Source: a virus. Taken from it: DNA of 64,000 nucleotides. Position 1 is the first letter of the stretch. Each line of letters starts with the position of its first letter. Shown one piece after another: positions 18,326 to 28,777 of the stretch. The notes beneath the pieces were generated by a model. The model worked only from the letters and a program-made list of their open reading frames with translations, searched no databases and was not told the DNA's origin. The translations under genes were made by a program, and so were the position numbers. The stretch is from IMG/VR virus record IMGVR_UViG_3300042887_005324, positions 110,042 through 174,041 of that record, one strand, 5' to 3'.

Positions 18326-21300
18326 TTATACGCCATCTCCACCAGTTGGAGCGTCTTCTGGACTTCTAGATGCTTGACTATAATTATTAAGTTGACTTGG
18401 ATTCCAAGGACTTGGTTGAGGTACTGACGAAATTCCACCTTGTTGGCTTAAAGGTTGTTGTTGAACAATACCTTGTGTATCAAAATTCAAATTTACATTA
18501 CCAATAAAGTCAAAATTAGAATCAGTATAATCAATATAAGGAGCAGTTGCTTTTAATGGTATCTTAATTCCTTCGTATATACTAGTAGCAGTTGCATATT
18601 GGAAGAAAGGAACCATATCAACTTCAGTAAATGAAATATTTCTAAATGAAATTCTAGTAGTAAGATTTGAAGTCGGTGGATAATTACTTGTATCAAATGT
18701 TCCTATTGAAATATTTTCGTTTAATATACGATTATCTATTACAAGATCCAAATTCTGTCTATTATAGAAGAATTCAACTTTTTTTGTAAGTGAAGTTTCT
18801 TGATGATTAAAGTCAGTAAGTAAAATTTTAGAGTATCTATTTATAGTTTTAGAACTCGTAGCACCACTAAAATCAGAAGAAGCAATATCAAGTTCAATTG
18901 CATAGTATCTGTCTACTAAAGTTGTTATATCATTGTTTCTCAACTCAAAACTATGTCTTTTTGAAACTCTATATTGACCAAGACCAGGACCTACACCACT
19001 TTTCGTCTGTGCTCCACCATCCGAAAAAGTGAATACTAATCTACCAGCTGTTTGTGAACTTCTATTCGAATCGATTTTAATTCCTTTAGCAGGTGTTATT
19101 TGAATTTCACCGACACCATAGTTGAAACTATAAGTTGCAATTCTTGAAGTAATATCATTTACTTCCCATCCATCATTTGTGAAATTAGTAATAGTAAGTT
19201 GTGGACCGAAAAGTTGATTTGAGTAGTTGTTACTGAACTGTTTAAAGAAAAATCCATTATCAGGCATTAGATTTTCAAATCTAGAGAACTTTGTACCAAG
19301 TTTATAATCTCTACTAACAGTAGCAGCAAAGTCTCTAAATGTTGATTGACTTTCTAAGACATCTAATGTTACAAGTCCATCTAAATTTGGTAGATTTTTG
19401 ACAACAGATTGTGTTGTGCCATCAACTTGAGGAACTTCAGAAAAGACTACTTCAGGTAAATTCAAATTACTTTTTGAAAAATTCTCATAAACAACATCCA
19501 TGAAGCTCAAATATTTCTTCTCATTCTCTAATCCAACATTATTATCCACAAAACTCATTTTCTGAACTAATCCGGTGTTGTAAATTGAATCTGGATTTAA
19601 TGGATTAGAAGATTTATTTGAAGTAAATCTACCACCATCAATCTTACCATCAATCATCTGAGACTCATACATCTGTGTAATTTTCGGATATCCTTTAAAT
19701 AAACCATTATTCCAAACTCCTCTGAATCCGCCATTTAAGAAAGCTCCTGATAACCAAATATTTTTCGTAACATATATTAAGTGATTAAAAGAATCTCTTA
19801 CTATTCTTCTTATTGGGAAGTTACTCACTAATTTAAGAACCACAATGTTATTTGTATAATCAATATTAATAATTCTAAACCAATCCTTAATTAATTTTCT
19901 TTGTTCATTAACATCAATTGCTACTATATTACCGACTGAAACTTTATCACCTAAGGAAAGATTTGTTATTTCATCTATTGATTTCAATGCGACATTCCAA
20001 GTAATATCATCGATTTGTACCGTACTTAAATTAGTTGTTGGTGTTAAACCATCTATACCAATCACATCAGAAAATAAGATATAATCTTGTTCGTCAAACC
20101 ATTCGGTATTGCCTCTGAAACCATTGTTCCAAACACCATTTTCCCAAATACCGGACCTAAACACACCATTACCATAATTAATACTTACTAAATTACCGTT
20201 ATCTGAGGTTGCAGTTGGTCGTAAATAAGCATCATTTGGAAGTGAAGCGGTGTTCCCAACTACTAAGTTCTGTATAACTACATTATTATATGAAGGGTGA
20301 TATTCAGTTGATTTCTTTGTAACTTGAGCCGAAAGAATTCTTAATATACCTTGTGTAGCTTTTCTTATCCAGAATTTATTACCTATAACCTCACCATCTG
20401 AGTTCTCAGCAAGTAATTGTTCAGCAGTTGGTGTGTAGTTTAGTGTAATTTCATAAATTTTTGGATAGTAATTTCTTTTTATTGTACTACCACTGCCTGT
20501 TGTGTAACTATCACTATCTAAATAAGCAGTATATGGAGTTAGAGCGCCGATACCGAACTCAACACCAACCTGAGTTATTAGTTCAACCGATAAGACTAGA
20601 TTAATTTCGTAGGTTGTTGAAGCATCATCAAATATTTCTAAACTCGTAAGATTAATAACATTACCAACATGTCCATACAATCTCCTACTAGGAGCAATGT
20701 CAGGTCGTTGTGTTGAGTTGTATCCAGCTACAACTGCAGGTGATGCTACTTCAGGTAGATCTCCGCCTTTTGTAAAATAGTGAGTATCACTGATAGTAAA
20801 TATTTGATTATTGGTTTGTCTAAGTGAAAAAGTAGATCCTTTATTCCAATAAGATCTATCCAATTCCCCAAATACTCTCGTTTTTGAGGCGTTGGTTCTG
20901 ACTTCGTTATAGGTATAGACGGTACTACTTCCTGGAATTGTGTAACCAATTACTCCATTATATTTTAGGTCGTCATTATATATGATTGTGTTAGCATCAG
21001 CTCCGTACATAACCATTGAAGCAGTAGGTGTGGTGAAGAAAAAATCTATGTTCGCGGTCAAATTCGGGTCAGTCAGTAGACTCTGAGGCGCGATAGATGA
21101 ACTAAAGGCATTTATAACATGTAATGAAGAAGTACCAATAAATCTTGAAACATTTCTTATTAAGTCTAATTGTTTTCCTTTCAAAACATACATTGCTCTT
21201 GTATTAGACCAAGTTGCTAAAGAAGTATAATCAAATGGTGAACCGTTCCAGTTACCATTTCTCCATAAACCATCTTCCCAATAAATATTCTCGGCAGTTC

Positions 21301-24300
21301 CATAATTCCAAGTACCATTCGTCCATTTTGCACCAGCCATATATCCGGAATTGAAAGTTCCTTTCTTCCACTCAGCGTGATAAAAAGAACCAGTACCGTA
21401 GTTCGAATTAAATTTACCATTTTCCCAAACAATTGATGCAGTTGAAGCAAAAGATGATTTCGAGAAAGAACCTGTGAATGTTCTATCAACATACGGATTA
21501 AATATACTGCTATCAAAATTACCATCTTGGAATGAACCAGATAAAAATAGAGAATTTTTAAATGTTCCTTGAACATGACTAAAAGTACCACTAAGCCAAA
21601 GCATATTATCAAAAAGAGCCAAATTATTAGTTGATACTTTTTGATTGTCTTTAGTAAGCTCAGTAAATATTATACCATCACTTTTGATTTTCTCTGGTGT
21701 ATCAATAACATTACCACTTCTCCAAAGACCATAATAACTTGATGTGAAAGAATTAGCAAAGTCAAACTCACCTGTTGTATCAGTTGGTGAATCTGAAAGA
21801 CTAAAAGTTCCACTTCCTAAGAAACTACCTTTATTAAAAGTTCCACTGTACCAATATCTTCCAGCAAAAATACCATCATTAAACTCACCAGTATACCAAA
21901 CTGAGTTAGTCGCAGTACTTGAATTACCAAACTCACCGCCATTAAATTTACCATTTTCCCATCCATAAAAAGAAGCTGTCAAAGCAGTACCAATGGGTTT
22001 AACATTAGTGTAACCATATTCAGAAAGGAATTTACCTTTATTAAAATTTCCGTCTTTCCATCTAGCTTGTAAAGTAAGTTTACCACCATTAAAATCTCCA
22101 TTATACCAAATAGACTCATTTGTTGATTGTGACCCAAAACTAGTGAACTCACCATTGTCAAATTTACCATCTAACCAATATACACTACCAGATCCACCAA
22201 CCAAAGCATTTTCCACGATACCATTCTCCCATGTTGTGAAAGTTGCTGCAGTAGGAATATATCTTTGAAGACTACCAAGTGTAGTATTGGTATAATTTAA
22301 ATTTCTGGATCCAAGTATACCATTTTTCCAATCACCACCATACCAATCTGAATTATAAAATCTACCATTCTCAAATGTACCATCTGACCAAGCTGATTTG
22401 TAGAACTCTCCAGCTGAGAAAGTACCTTCAATCCAAGACATATATTGACTAGTTAAGTCATAGTTATAGTTAGAACCAGCTAAATATGTAGAAGTAGTAA
22501 GTCCCTTAGAATCAATGAAACTACCGTTGTTGAATATACCATCTAACCAATATGAACTTTTGAAAATTCCATTATTGAAGGTACCTTTATTCCAAATTGA
22601 GTTAAAAAATATACCATTAGTCCAAGTATCATTTATGAAATGTGATTTGTAGACTAATCCAGACTTGACATTGTTGTTTGAGTTTTTGAAAAAATGATTA
22701 ACTAATCTTAAAGTATTTGTATTATCAACATCAAGATTTTTATCTCTATTGTTAAATTCTGAATTTTCGATAGTAGAATTTTTAATAAGATTTCTTTTAA
22801 ATAATCCAGATACTATTTTAGAGTTATCTATTAGTAATGGATGTATAGAAATATAATTTGCTTTTTCTCCCTCATTAATTGATATTTCGTCGAACGTATC
22901 TGGCCAAACTTGGTTTGATTTTCTAGTGAGTGTATATCTAATATATCCAGTTTGTGAAATTTCTAGTCTACCACCGACCTGGTATCTACCAGATAAATCA
23001 TAAACAACTGGGTCATTATTCTTTCTAACTGAAACTCCACTCAACCAAACATCTTTGTTATTAATTTCAAAGTCAAAATAATTAGAAGCGACAATTTGTT
23101 GTGTTGGTGGAGTGCGGTGAGAGTAGAAAAACTTATCAGAAAGATATATATATATTCTATTCTCATCAGAACGTGATATTTTAAGAAGATTAGTATCCGG
23201 ATCAGTCGACAAAGCTTGATTTCTAGTAATTATATTTTGACTAATATTTACATTATCTCCACTCAACCAAGTTGAATTATAAAAAACACCAAATTTAAAG
23301 TCTGCATTATGTATATAAGTATTATTGAAAACTTTACTCAAAGTAGTAAAAGTTACTGGACTAAGTAAAAAATCATCACTGTATACTGTAGTGTTATTTG
23401 TGCTATCTTTCCAATATCCTAGTAATTTATGATCTATATCAATTGATGAGTAAACTGTCGTGTTAGTCTCAAAGGTATTATTATAATCAGTACCATTGTA
23501 ACTAACATAATATTTAATTTTATTATCATTTTTACTCTTGAAAGTAACAACAATTCTTTCATCTTCTTTTAATTCGTGATCAACATATGAATCTAAAATA
23601 TACTTAGTTTCAAAAGGTAAAATTATTTTTTGTTGTTCATCTAAGCTAGATAAAATATATTCTTTATTTACTCTTGAAATATAAAATGAGTTACTTATAT
23701 TTAATCTTAAAATATCATCATCTGAAATGTAAAGCTTAAGTATTCCTCTTACATAGTCAGTACCAAGAGATGATTCGTCTCTATTATATGACCAAATATC
23801 ACTTGCTAAAATTTTGATACCACTTTTATCACTATATTCACTAAGATTAGCTGTTGATTTAGTTATTTGACTGTTAATTAATTTTGAATTGTTTATATTT
23901 GATTCACTAATTTGACAATCTTGCAAAGTTGCATTATTAACACTTGAAAATTGAATATCACCAAATTTGATTTTTGCTTTATTAATTTTTGAAGGATAAG
24001 AGAAAGTTAATCCATCATAAAAATTATCTATTGCTTTACTAAAATTAGATAGAGAGTATCCAAAATTAACCCTTTCAAATACTCCATTATTAACCTCGGA
24101 TGCAAATAAATTTGTGTCAACTACTAAATTTCTACCAAATCCTTTATTATTAGTAAAGTCAATACTCTGAGTTCTAACTTTTTGATTCGTAGTCTCATTT
24201 AATGAAAGCTTAGAATAATAAGTTTTTTCATTATCTGCAGATTTAGAATTCATTATACCAAAATTCCAGTTAGAATTAAGAAATATACCACTTTGCCAAG

Positions 24301-25306
24301 TAGCACCTAATGATCTATAACTACTACCTAGCTTCTTACCCCAATTATTTATTTTAAGATTTGTTCCAAAGACACCATCTTTATGATCACCTCTAAAAGT
24401 ACCATATCTAAAGTTTAGCTTTGATATAAAAGGATCTTTATAAAGAATATCAGTTTTCCATGTTGTGCCATCAAAGGTATAAATACTTCTTTGTCTAAGT
24501 GTTAGATTAGTAGTAAATGAGGGTGTTTGAAGAACTATATCTTCACCAACAATTAATATTGAATTGTTTAGATTATTTCTTGGATTTATTGATATTACTC
24601 TACCTGCTAAAAACTCTTCAGTTACATCGATCCACTGTGGTGGGGAATTTGAGTCATCTCTCACAAAAAAACCACTTCCTCCACTAATACCTCCGTTTAT
24701 GGATAAGTCATCAACTGGATCTGGTGGAAGGTAGTCTGTTAATTGCAAAAAGACTAGTGAATCACCAAAGAGAACACAATACTGATCACTTGAACCAGAT
24801 ACCATCGGTAGTTTTTTTCCGAAGAATTTACTTGCAAATCCTTGTGGTTTAGTGAATAAAGGAATTCCTATATCGTTTGTTACAGTAATTTCATCATAAG
24901 CAATTTGAAAGGTATTAATATAATCGAATTCTCTTGGATTATTTACTCTTACTACCTTTATGAAATCATTATAATTAGATTCAACAAACGGCAATGTACC
25001 ATCATAGTCTATGTCTAATATTATTCTACAACCATCACATGCTAATACACGATATCCATCAGTGTACCTTGTAAACTTATTATTAGATATTAGCACATCA
25101 GAATCGTAATTACCATTTACAATAAATACTCTATCACCAACATTGAAATTAGTATTATTTTCAGTATAAAATACTGTTTTTCTAAAACCACCTATTTCAA
25201 CTGGTTCTGTAAAATTTAACAATCTAGAACTATAAAACTTATCTGATTTTTTTGTTTTCAAATAAGTAGGATTGGAACTTAGAACTTTTGAAGTAGGTGT
25301 TGCCAT
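18326..25306 (-). CDS. giant virion protein with W/F-x-x-G pentapeptide repeats (2326 aa)
   Basis: Long runs such as WTNGIFFNSIWNKGTFNNGIFKSSYWLDG; TAATATATA upstream. Confidence 0.65.
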   Translation of the reverse strand: MATPTSKVLSSNPTYLKTKKSDKFYSSRLLNFTEPVEIGGFRKTVFYTENNTNFNVGDRVFIVNGNYDSDVLISNNKFTRYTDGYRVLACDGCRIILDIDYDGTLPFVESNYNDFIKVVRVNNPREFDYINTFQIAYDEITVTNDIGIPLFTKPQGFASKFFGKKLPMVSGSSDQYCVLFGDSLVFLQLTDYLPPDPVDDLSINGGISGGSGFFVRDDSNSPPQWIDVTEEFLAGRVISINPRNNLNNSILIVGEDIVLQTPSFTTNLTLRQRSIYTFDGTTWKTDILYKDPFISKLNFRYGTFRGDHKDGVFGTNLKINNWGKKLGSSYRSLGATWQSGIFLNSNWNFGIMNSKSADNEKTYYSKLSLNETTNQKVRTQSIDFTNNKGFGRNLVVDTNLFASEVNNGVFERVNFGYSLSNFSKAIDNFYDGLTFSYPSKINKAKIKFGDIQFSSVNNATLQDCQISESNINNSKLINSQITKSTANLSEYSDKSGIKILASDIWSYNRDESSLGTDYVRGILKLYISDDDILRLNISNSFYISRVNKEYILSSLDEQQKIILPFETKYILDSYVDHELKEDERIVVTFKSKNDNKIKYYVSYNGTDYNNTFETNTTVYSSIDIDHKLLGYWKDSTNNTTVYSDDFLLSPVTFTTLSKVFNNTYIHNADFKFGVFYNSTWLSGDNVNISQNIITRNQALSTDPDTNLLKISRSDENRIYIYLSDKFFYSHRTPPTQQIVASNYFDFEINNKDVWLSGVSVRKNNDPVVYDLSGRYQVGGRLEISQTGYIRYTLTRKSNQVWPDTFDEISINEGEKANYISIHPLLIDNSKIVSGLFKRNLIKNSTIENSEFNNRDKNLDVDNTNTLRLVNHFFKNSNNNVKSGLVYKSHFINDTWTNGIFFNSIWNKGTFNNGIFKSSYWLDGIFNNGSFIDSKGLTTSTYLAGSNYNYDLTSQYMSWIEGTFSAGEFYKSAWSDGTFENGRFYNSDWYGGDWKNGILGSRNLNYTNTTLGSLQRYIPTAATFTTWENGIVENALVGGSGSVYWLDGKFDNGEFTSFGSQSTNESIWYNGDFNGGKLTLQARWKDGNFNKGKFLSEYGYTNVKPIGTALTASFYGWENGKFNGGEFGNSSTATNSVWYTGEFNDGIFAGRYWYSGTFNKGSFLGSGTFSLSDSPTDTTGEFDFANSFTSSYYGLWRSGNVIDTPEKIKSDGIIFTELTKDNQKVSTNNLALFDNMLWLSGTFSHVQGTFKNSLFLSGSFQDGNFDSSIFNPYVDRTFTGSFSKSSFASTASIVWENGKFNSNYGTGSFYHAEWKKGTFNSGYMAGAKWTNGTWNYGTAENIYWEDGLWRNGNWNGSPFDYTSLATWSNTRAMYVLKGKQLDLIRNVSRFIGTSSLHVINAFSSSIAPQSLLTDPNLTANIDFFFTTPTASMVMYGADANTIIYNDDLKYNGVIGYTIPGSSTVYTYNEVRTNASKTRVFGELDRSYWNKGSTFSLRQTNNQIFTISDTHYFTKGGDLPEVASPAVVAGYNSTQRPDIAPSRRLYGHVGNVINLTSLEIFDDASTTYEINLVLSVELITQVGVEFGIGALTPYTAYLDSDSYTTGSGSTIKRNYYPKIYEITLNYTPTAEQLLAENSDGEVIGNKFWIRKATQGILRILSAQVTKKSTEYHPSYNNVVIQNLVVGNTASLPNDAYLRPTATSDNGNLVSINYGNGVFRSGIWENGVWNNGFRGNTEWFDEQDYILFSDVIGIDGLTPTTNLSTVQIDDITWNVALKSIDEITNLSLGDKVSVGNIVAIDVNEQRKLIKDWFRIINIDYTNNIVVLKLVSNFPIRRIVRDSFNHLIYVTKNIWLSGAFLNGGFRGVWNNGLFKGYPKITQMYESQMIDGKIDGGRFTSNKSSNPLNPDSIYNTGLVQKMSFVDNNVGLENEKKYLSFMDVVYENFSKSNLNLPEVVFSEVPQVDGTTQSVVKNLPNLDGLVTLDVLESQSTFRDFAATVSRDYKLGTKFSRFENLMPDNGFFFKQFSNNYSNQLFGPQLTITNFTNDGWEVNDITSRIATYSFNYGVGEIQITPAKGIKIDSNRSSQTAGRLVFTFSDGGAQTKSGVGPGLGQYRVSKRHSFELRNNDITTLVDRYYAIELDIASSDFSGATSSKTINRYSKILLTDFNHQETSLTKKVEFFYNRQNLDLVIDNRILNENISIGTFDTSNYPPTSNLTTRISFRNISFTEVDMVPFFQYATATSIYEGIKIPLKATAPYIDYTDSNFDFIGNVNLNFDTQGIVQQQPLSQQGGISSVPQPSPWNPSQLNNYSQASRSPEDAPTGGDGV

Positions 25307-25420
25307 CTAAAGATAATTATAACATTTTGTTTATATATTAAATACTTTGGTACATCTATAATTAATAATATTAAAAAAGACACATCAACTTAAATTTTTT
25401 TAAAATATATAATTGTGATT

Positions 25421-25636
25421 ATGTATTTAATATGTAAAAATAATTTTCAAACATTGAATTCATCCGAATTTACTTTTGAAAAAGGATTAACATATAAAAT
25501 AGAAGTCAACAATTTTTATTGTGATGAGAACATAACATTCCTAATAAATGACATCGAGATATCACTTTCTGTTTTAAAAAATTATTTTGTTAATATCGAA
25601 ACTTGGAGAGATTTACAAATAAAAGAATTATTATGA
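25421..25636 (+). CDS. hypothetical protein with C-terminal RDLQIKELL motif
   Basis: Ends TWRDLQIKELL; ATGA overlap with rpe. Confidence 0.6.
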   Translation: MYLICKNNFQTLNSSEFTFEKGLTYKIEVNNFYCDENITFLINDIEISLSVLKNYFVNIETWRDLQIKELL

Positions 25637-26283
25637 TTCTATCACCTTCAGTCTTATCAGCAGATTTCGCTAATCTACAAAATGATATTGAAATGTTAAA
25701 CAATTCTAAATGTGATTGGCTTCACATAGATATAATGGACGGTGTATTTGTACCTAACATATCTTTTGGTATTCCAGTATTAAAATCAATAAAAAAACAC
25801 TCTAATAAAATTCTGGATGTTCATCTAATGATTGTTGAACCAGAAAAATGGATAAGTGAATTCAGAGACGCTGGTGCAGATATTTTAACAGTACATTACG
25901 AATGTTCACCACATTTACATAGAACTATTGATGCAATCAAAAAAAGTGGTATGAAAGCTGGTGTAGCTATCAATCCACATACACCAGTTAGTGTATTAGA
26001 AGAGATATTATCTGAAGTTGATTTAATTTTGGTTATGAGTGTGAATCCTGGCTTTGGCGGCCAATCCTTCATAGAAAATACATATAATAAAGTTTTATCT
26101 CTAAGTAAGTTGATTGATTCAAAAAACACTAAGACAAGACCAATAATTCAAGTAGATGGTGGTGTAAATTTAGATAATGCAAGTAAACTAATTAGTAGTG
26201 GAGCTAATGCATTAGTAGCTGGAAATTCTATATTCAATACAAAGAACCCAATAGATGTAATTTCAGAATTTAAATCGATTTAA
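25633..26283 (+). CDS. rpe: ribulose-phosphate 3-epimerase
   Basis: SPSVLSADF, HIDIMDGVFVPN, DVHLM, MSVNPGFGGQSF and VDGG motifs intact. Confidence 0.95.
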   Translation: MILSPSVLSADFANLQNDIEMLNNSKCDWLHIDIMDGVFVPNISFGIPVLKSIKKHSNKILDVHLMIVEPEKWISEFRDAGADILTVHYECSPHLHRTIDAIKKSGMKAGVAINPHTPVSVLEEILSEVDLILVMSVNPGFGGQSFIENTYNKVLSLSKLIDSKNTKTRPIIQVDGGVNLDNASKLISSGANALVAGNSIFNTKNPIDVISEFKSI

Positions 26284-26340
26284 TCTATATTATTTTTCAA
26301 AAAATTAACTTTTCTCTAACACAATACTAATATATAATTT

Positions 26341-26973
26341 ATGTTAATCCCAACCGCTAATGACAAAACCAAATTTTCAAATTTCATAATTCCGAATATA
26401 CCTAAAAATATTTCTAAGTATATTGAACCATTTGGTGGAATGTTTGGCATTTTCTTTTGTTTAAATATTGAGGATTTTAACAAAACTAAATTCATCTATA
26501 ACGACATTAACAAAAGAAATGTTAATCTATTTGAAAAATTTAAAGAACACTCATTTATTAGTGAAATACTTAATTCAGAATTCAATAATGATAGAGAACT
26601 TGATTTAGAAAAGCCGTTAGATTGGTTGATTTATCTTCTTTGTTTTAGAGATGATAAATTTACTAATTGTTTTGAATTTGAAATATTTAAAATGAAATTA
26701 AAATTTAGAAAAAATCATTTTAATAGAATTACATCAATTCAAAACTTTGATTACAAAGATATTCTAAAAAAATATGACAGTAATTCTACTTTCTTTTTTA
26801 TCGATCCACCAAAAGAAACACCAATAGAGGAAATTCTAGAAGAGCTTAAAGATTCAAAGTCAAAATTTGCAGTAGTGTTTAATGGTAGTCCAAGTTTTGA
26901 AATTTCAGACAAATTAAACATCATCAAAAATAAAACTTTGATGAAAAGTGAGTTTTTGATAAAAAACTATTAA
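26341..26973 (+). CDS. degenerate Dam-like (D12 class) adenine methyltransferase
   Basis: YIEPFGG and YNDIN motifs present, but catalytic DPPY reads DPPK and the target-recognition region is short. Confidence 0.6.
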   Translation: MLIPTANDKTKFSNFIIPNIPKNISKYIEPFGGMFGIFFCLNIEDFNKTKFIYNDINKRNVNLFEKFKEHSFISEILNSEFNNDRELDLEKPLDWLIYLLCFRDDKFTNCFEFEIFKMKLKFRKNHFNRITSIQNFDYKDILKKYDSNSTFFFIDPPKETPIEEILEELKDSKSKFAVVFNGSPSFEISDKLNIIKNKTLMKSEFLIKNY

Positions 26974-27542
26974 TAGTTTTCTTCAACCCAATCAATTAAC
27001 TTCAACAAATTATCAGAGTTATTAGGATATTTATCTAAAAGAGATTCGAGATAGCCAATTCTACCTTCTATATAAGTCAACTCACCAAAAACAGGAACAT
27101 ATTCAGATCCGATCCCTTTTTCCCACTCAACTAATCTATCAAAATTACTTTCACAGATACTCATATCTAACTTGTTAAACATTTCAGATAAAGGAAATTC
27201 ACAGTTATGTTCTTTTGTATCTAAAATAGCAATTTTGACTGTTAAAATGTCTTTACTTGCTTTATCTTCACACAAACTTTGAAAGAAATCAGCAGATCTC
27301 TCTTCATTATCAAATCTACCTGGTTCATATATTATATCATGAAAAAGTGCTACTAAAGAAAGTAATTCTTTTTGTTTTTCATCAATCTTATTTGATTCAT
27401 ACTTCTCGTTAATTTGAGAAACTAAGTCATTTAAGTGTTCAATATTGTGATAATGTCTATGTGATTCACACCACATATCTAGTAACATATTTATGTCCGC
27501 TTTGATTTTGTATTTGTTTAATAAGTTTTGAAAGTCAACCAT
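26970..27542 (-). CDS. HD-superfamily metal-dependent phosphohydrolase
   Basis: RHYHNIEHL...ALFHDIIYEP...NEERSA. Confidence 0.8.
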   Translation of the reverse strand: MVDFQNLLNKYKIKADINMLLDMWCESHRHYHNIEHLNDLVSQINEKYESNKIDEKQKELLSLVALFHDIIYEPGRFDNEERSADFFQSLCEDKASKDILTVKIAILDTKEHNCEFPLSEMFNKLDMSICESNFDRLVEWEKGIGSEYVPVFGELTYIEGRIGYLESLLDKYPNNSDNLLKLIDWVEENY

Positions 27543-27568
27543 ATTTTGTGTTTAGTTTTAATTATATA

Positions 27569-28681
27569 TTATTTTCTCTTAAATTCTTCTTTATCATATG
27601 ATAAGTGAAATTTGTCAAAATCAAAATATTTATCATATACATTTCTAACTTGATCTAGAGTGATTGTAGAAATAATATTTTCAATAATCCAGTTAGGTGG
27701 AGAAATCCACTTTGTTACATTAGAATATCTATTGATTTTATCTTTTTTCATTTTAATCTCATAAGCTTGTTTTATAGTATCAAATCTTTCTTGAGTTAAA
27801 TATTCATCTGGATTATTTATTACCTTTCTCACTGTATCGTAAACTAAGTCAACATTACTAGATGATGTTTGAGTTCTTATTAAAGAAACACCTTGATTAT
27901 TCATTCTTTCTTGATTTGCAGTAATGTGATAAACCAAACCCATTTTCTCTCTAACTTCTTTATATAAAGGAGAAGACAAACCAGAGGCTAACATTGCGTT
28001 AATAAATGTGATGTAATTAAAGTCCGATGTGGCAACAGGTGACATCATAATAAGAGAAGCCTTATCACCAAAGTCATTCATTTTTTCTAAAACAACATCA
28101 GAGTAGTCACCAAATTTATATTCTTTATCTATTTGTCTATCTTCAAAAGGTAAATCATATTTAAAAGCAGACTTAGGTGAAACATTAATTATTTTTGTTG
28201 GATTTGCATATTGAAGATCAAAGAAATTCAAACAATCCATGAACTTTAGATTTTCTAAATCTTCTTTTAATCCTATTGGTTCATAGAAACCAAACAATTT
28301 TCTATTCAGATTTAGTAAATGTGATTCAGTTTGGTCACTAAAATAATCAGTATATTCTTGTAATACAATATTTCTCTCGTTTTCAAATTGTTCTTTTGTC
28401 ACATTGAATTCTGACATTAAATCCATTATTTCATACTTTCTTTTAGAAAGATATTCTTCTAATCCAGTAAAATAGAAAACTATTTCATTATTTGAAGTAT
28501 AGGCATTCCAATCAATTCCTTCTCTTTTGAAATCTTCTCTAAGATGTTCAAAGTTCTTGCACATAAGGTGCTCTAGAAGATGGCTTATCCCATACCAGCC
28601 TGACTTTTCAAGATTTGTTGAGCCTTCATAAACGATGTAAAATCCAGCTAAATTTGTTTGTGATTTTAAATTTATTATCAT
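27569..28681 (-). CDS. M16 family zinc peptidase
   Basis: Inverted zincin HLLEH, NAYTS, ERNIVLQE, SSPLYKEVREKMGLVY. Confidence 0.9.
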   Translation of the reverse strand: MIINLKSQTNLAGFYIVYEGSTNLEKSGWYGISHLLEHLMCKNFEHLREDFKREGIDWNAYTSNNEIVFYFTGLEEYLSKRKYEIMDLMSEFNVTKEQFENERNIVLQEYTDYFSDQTESHLLNLNRKLFGFYEPIGLKEDLENLKFMDCLNFFDLQYANPTKIINVSPKSAFKYDLPFEDRQIDKEYKFGDYSDVVLEKMNDFGDKASLIMMSPVATSDFNYITFINAMLASGLSSPLYKEVREKMGLVYHITANQERMNNQGVSLIRTQTSSSNVDLVYDTVRKVINNPDEYLTQERFDTIKQAYEIKMKKDKINRYSNVTKWISPPNWIIENIISTITLDQVRNVYDKYFDFDKFHLSYDKEEFKRK

Positions 28682-28777
28682 AGTAATTATATATTAAAAA
28701 TAGTAATTGTTAAAAAACAATTCTGGTATTTTACATATGTAGGAACATAATTTTTATATATAAAAATAAAAAATAAT

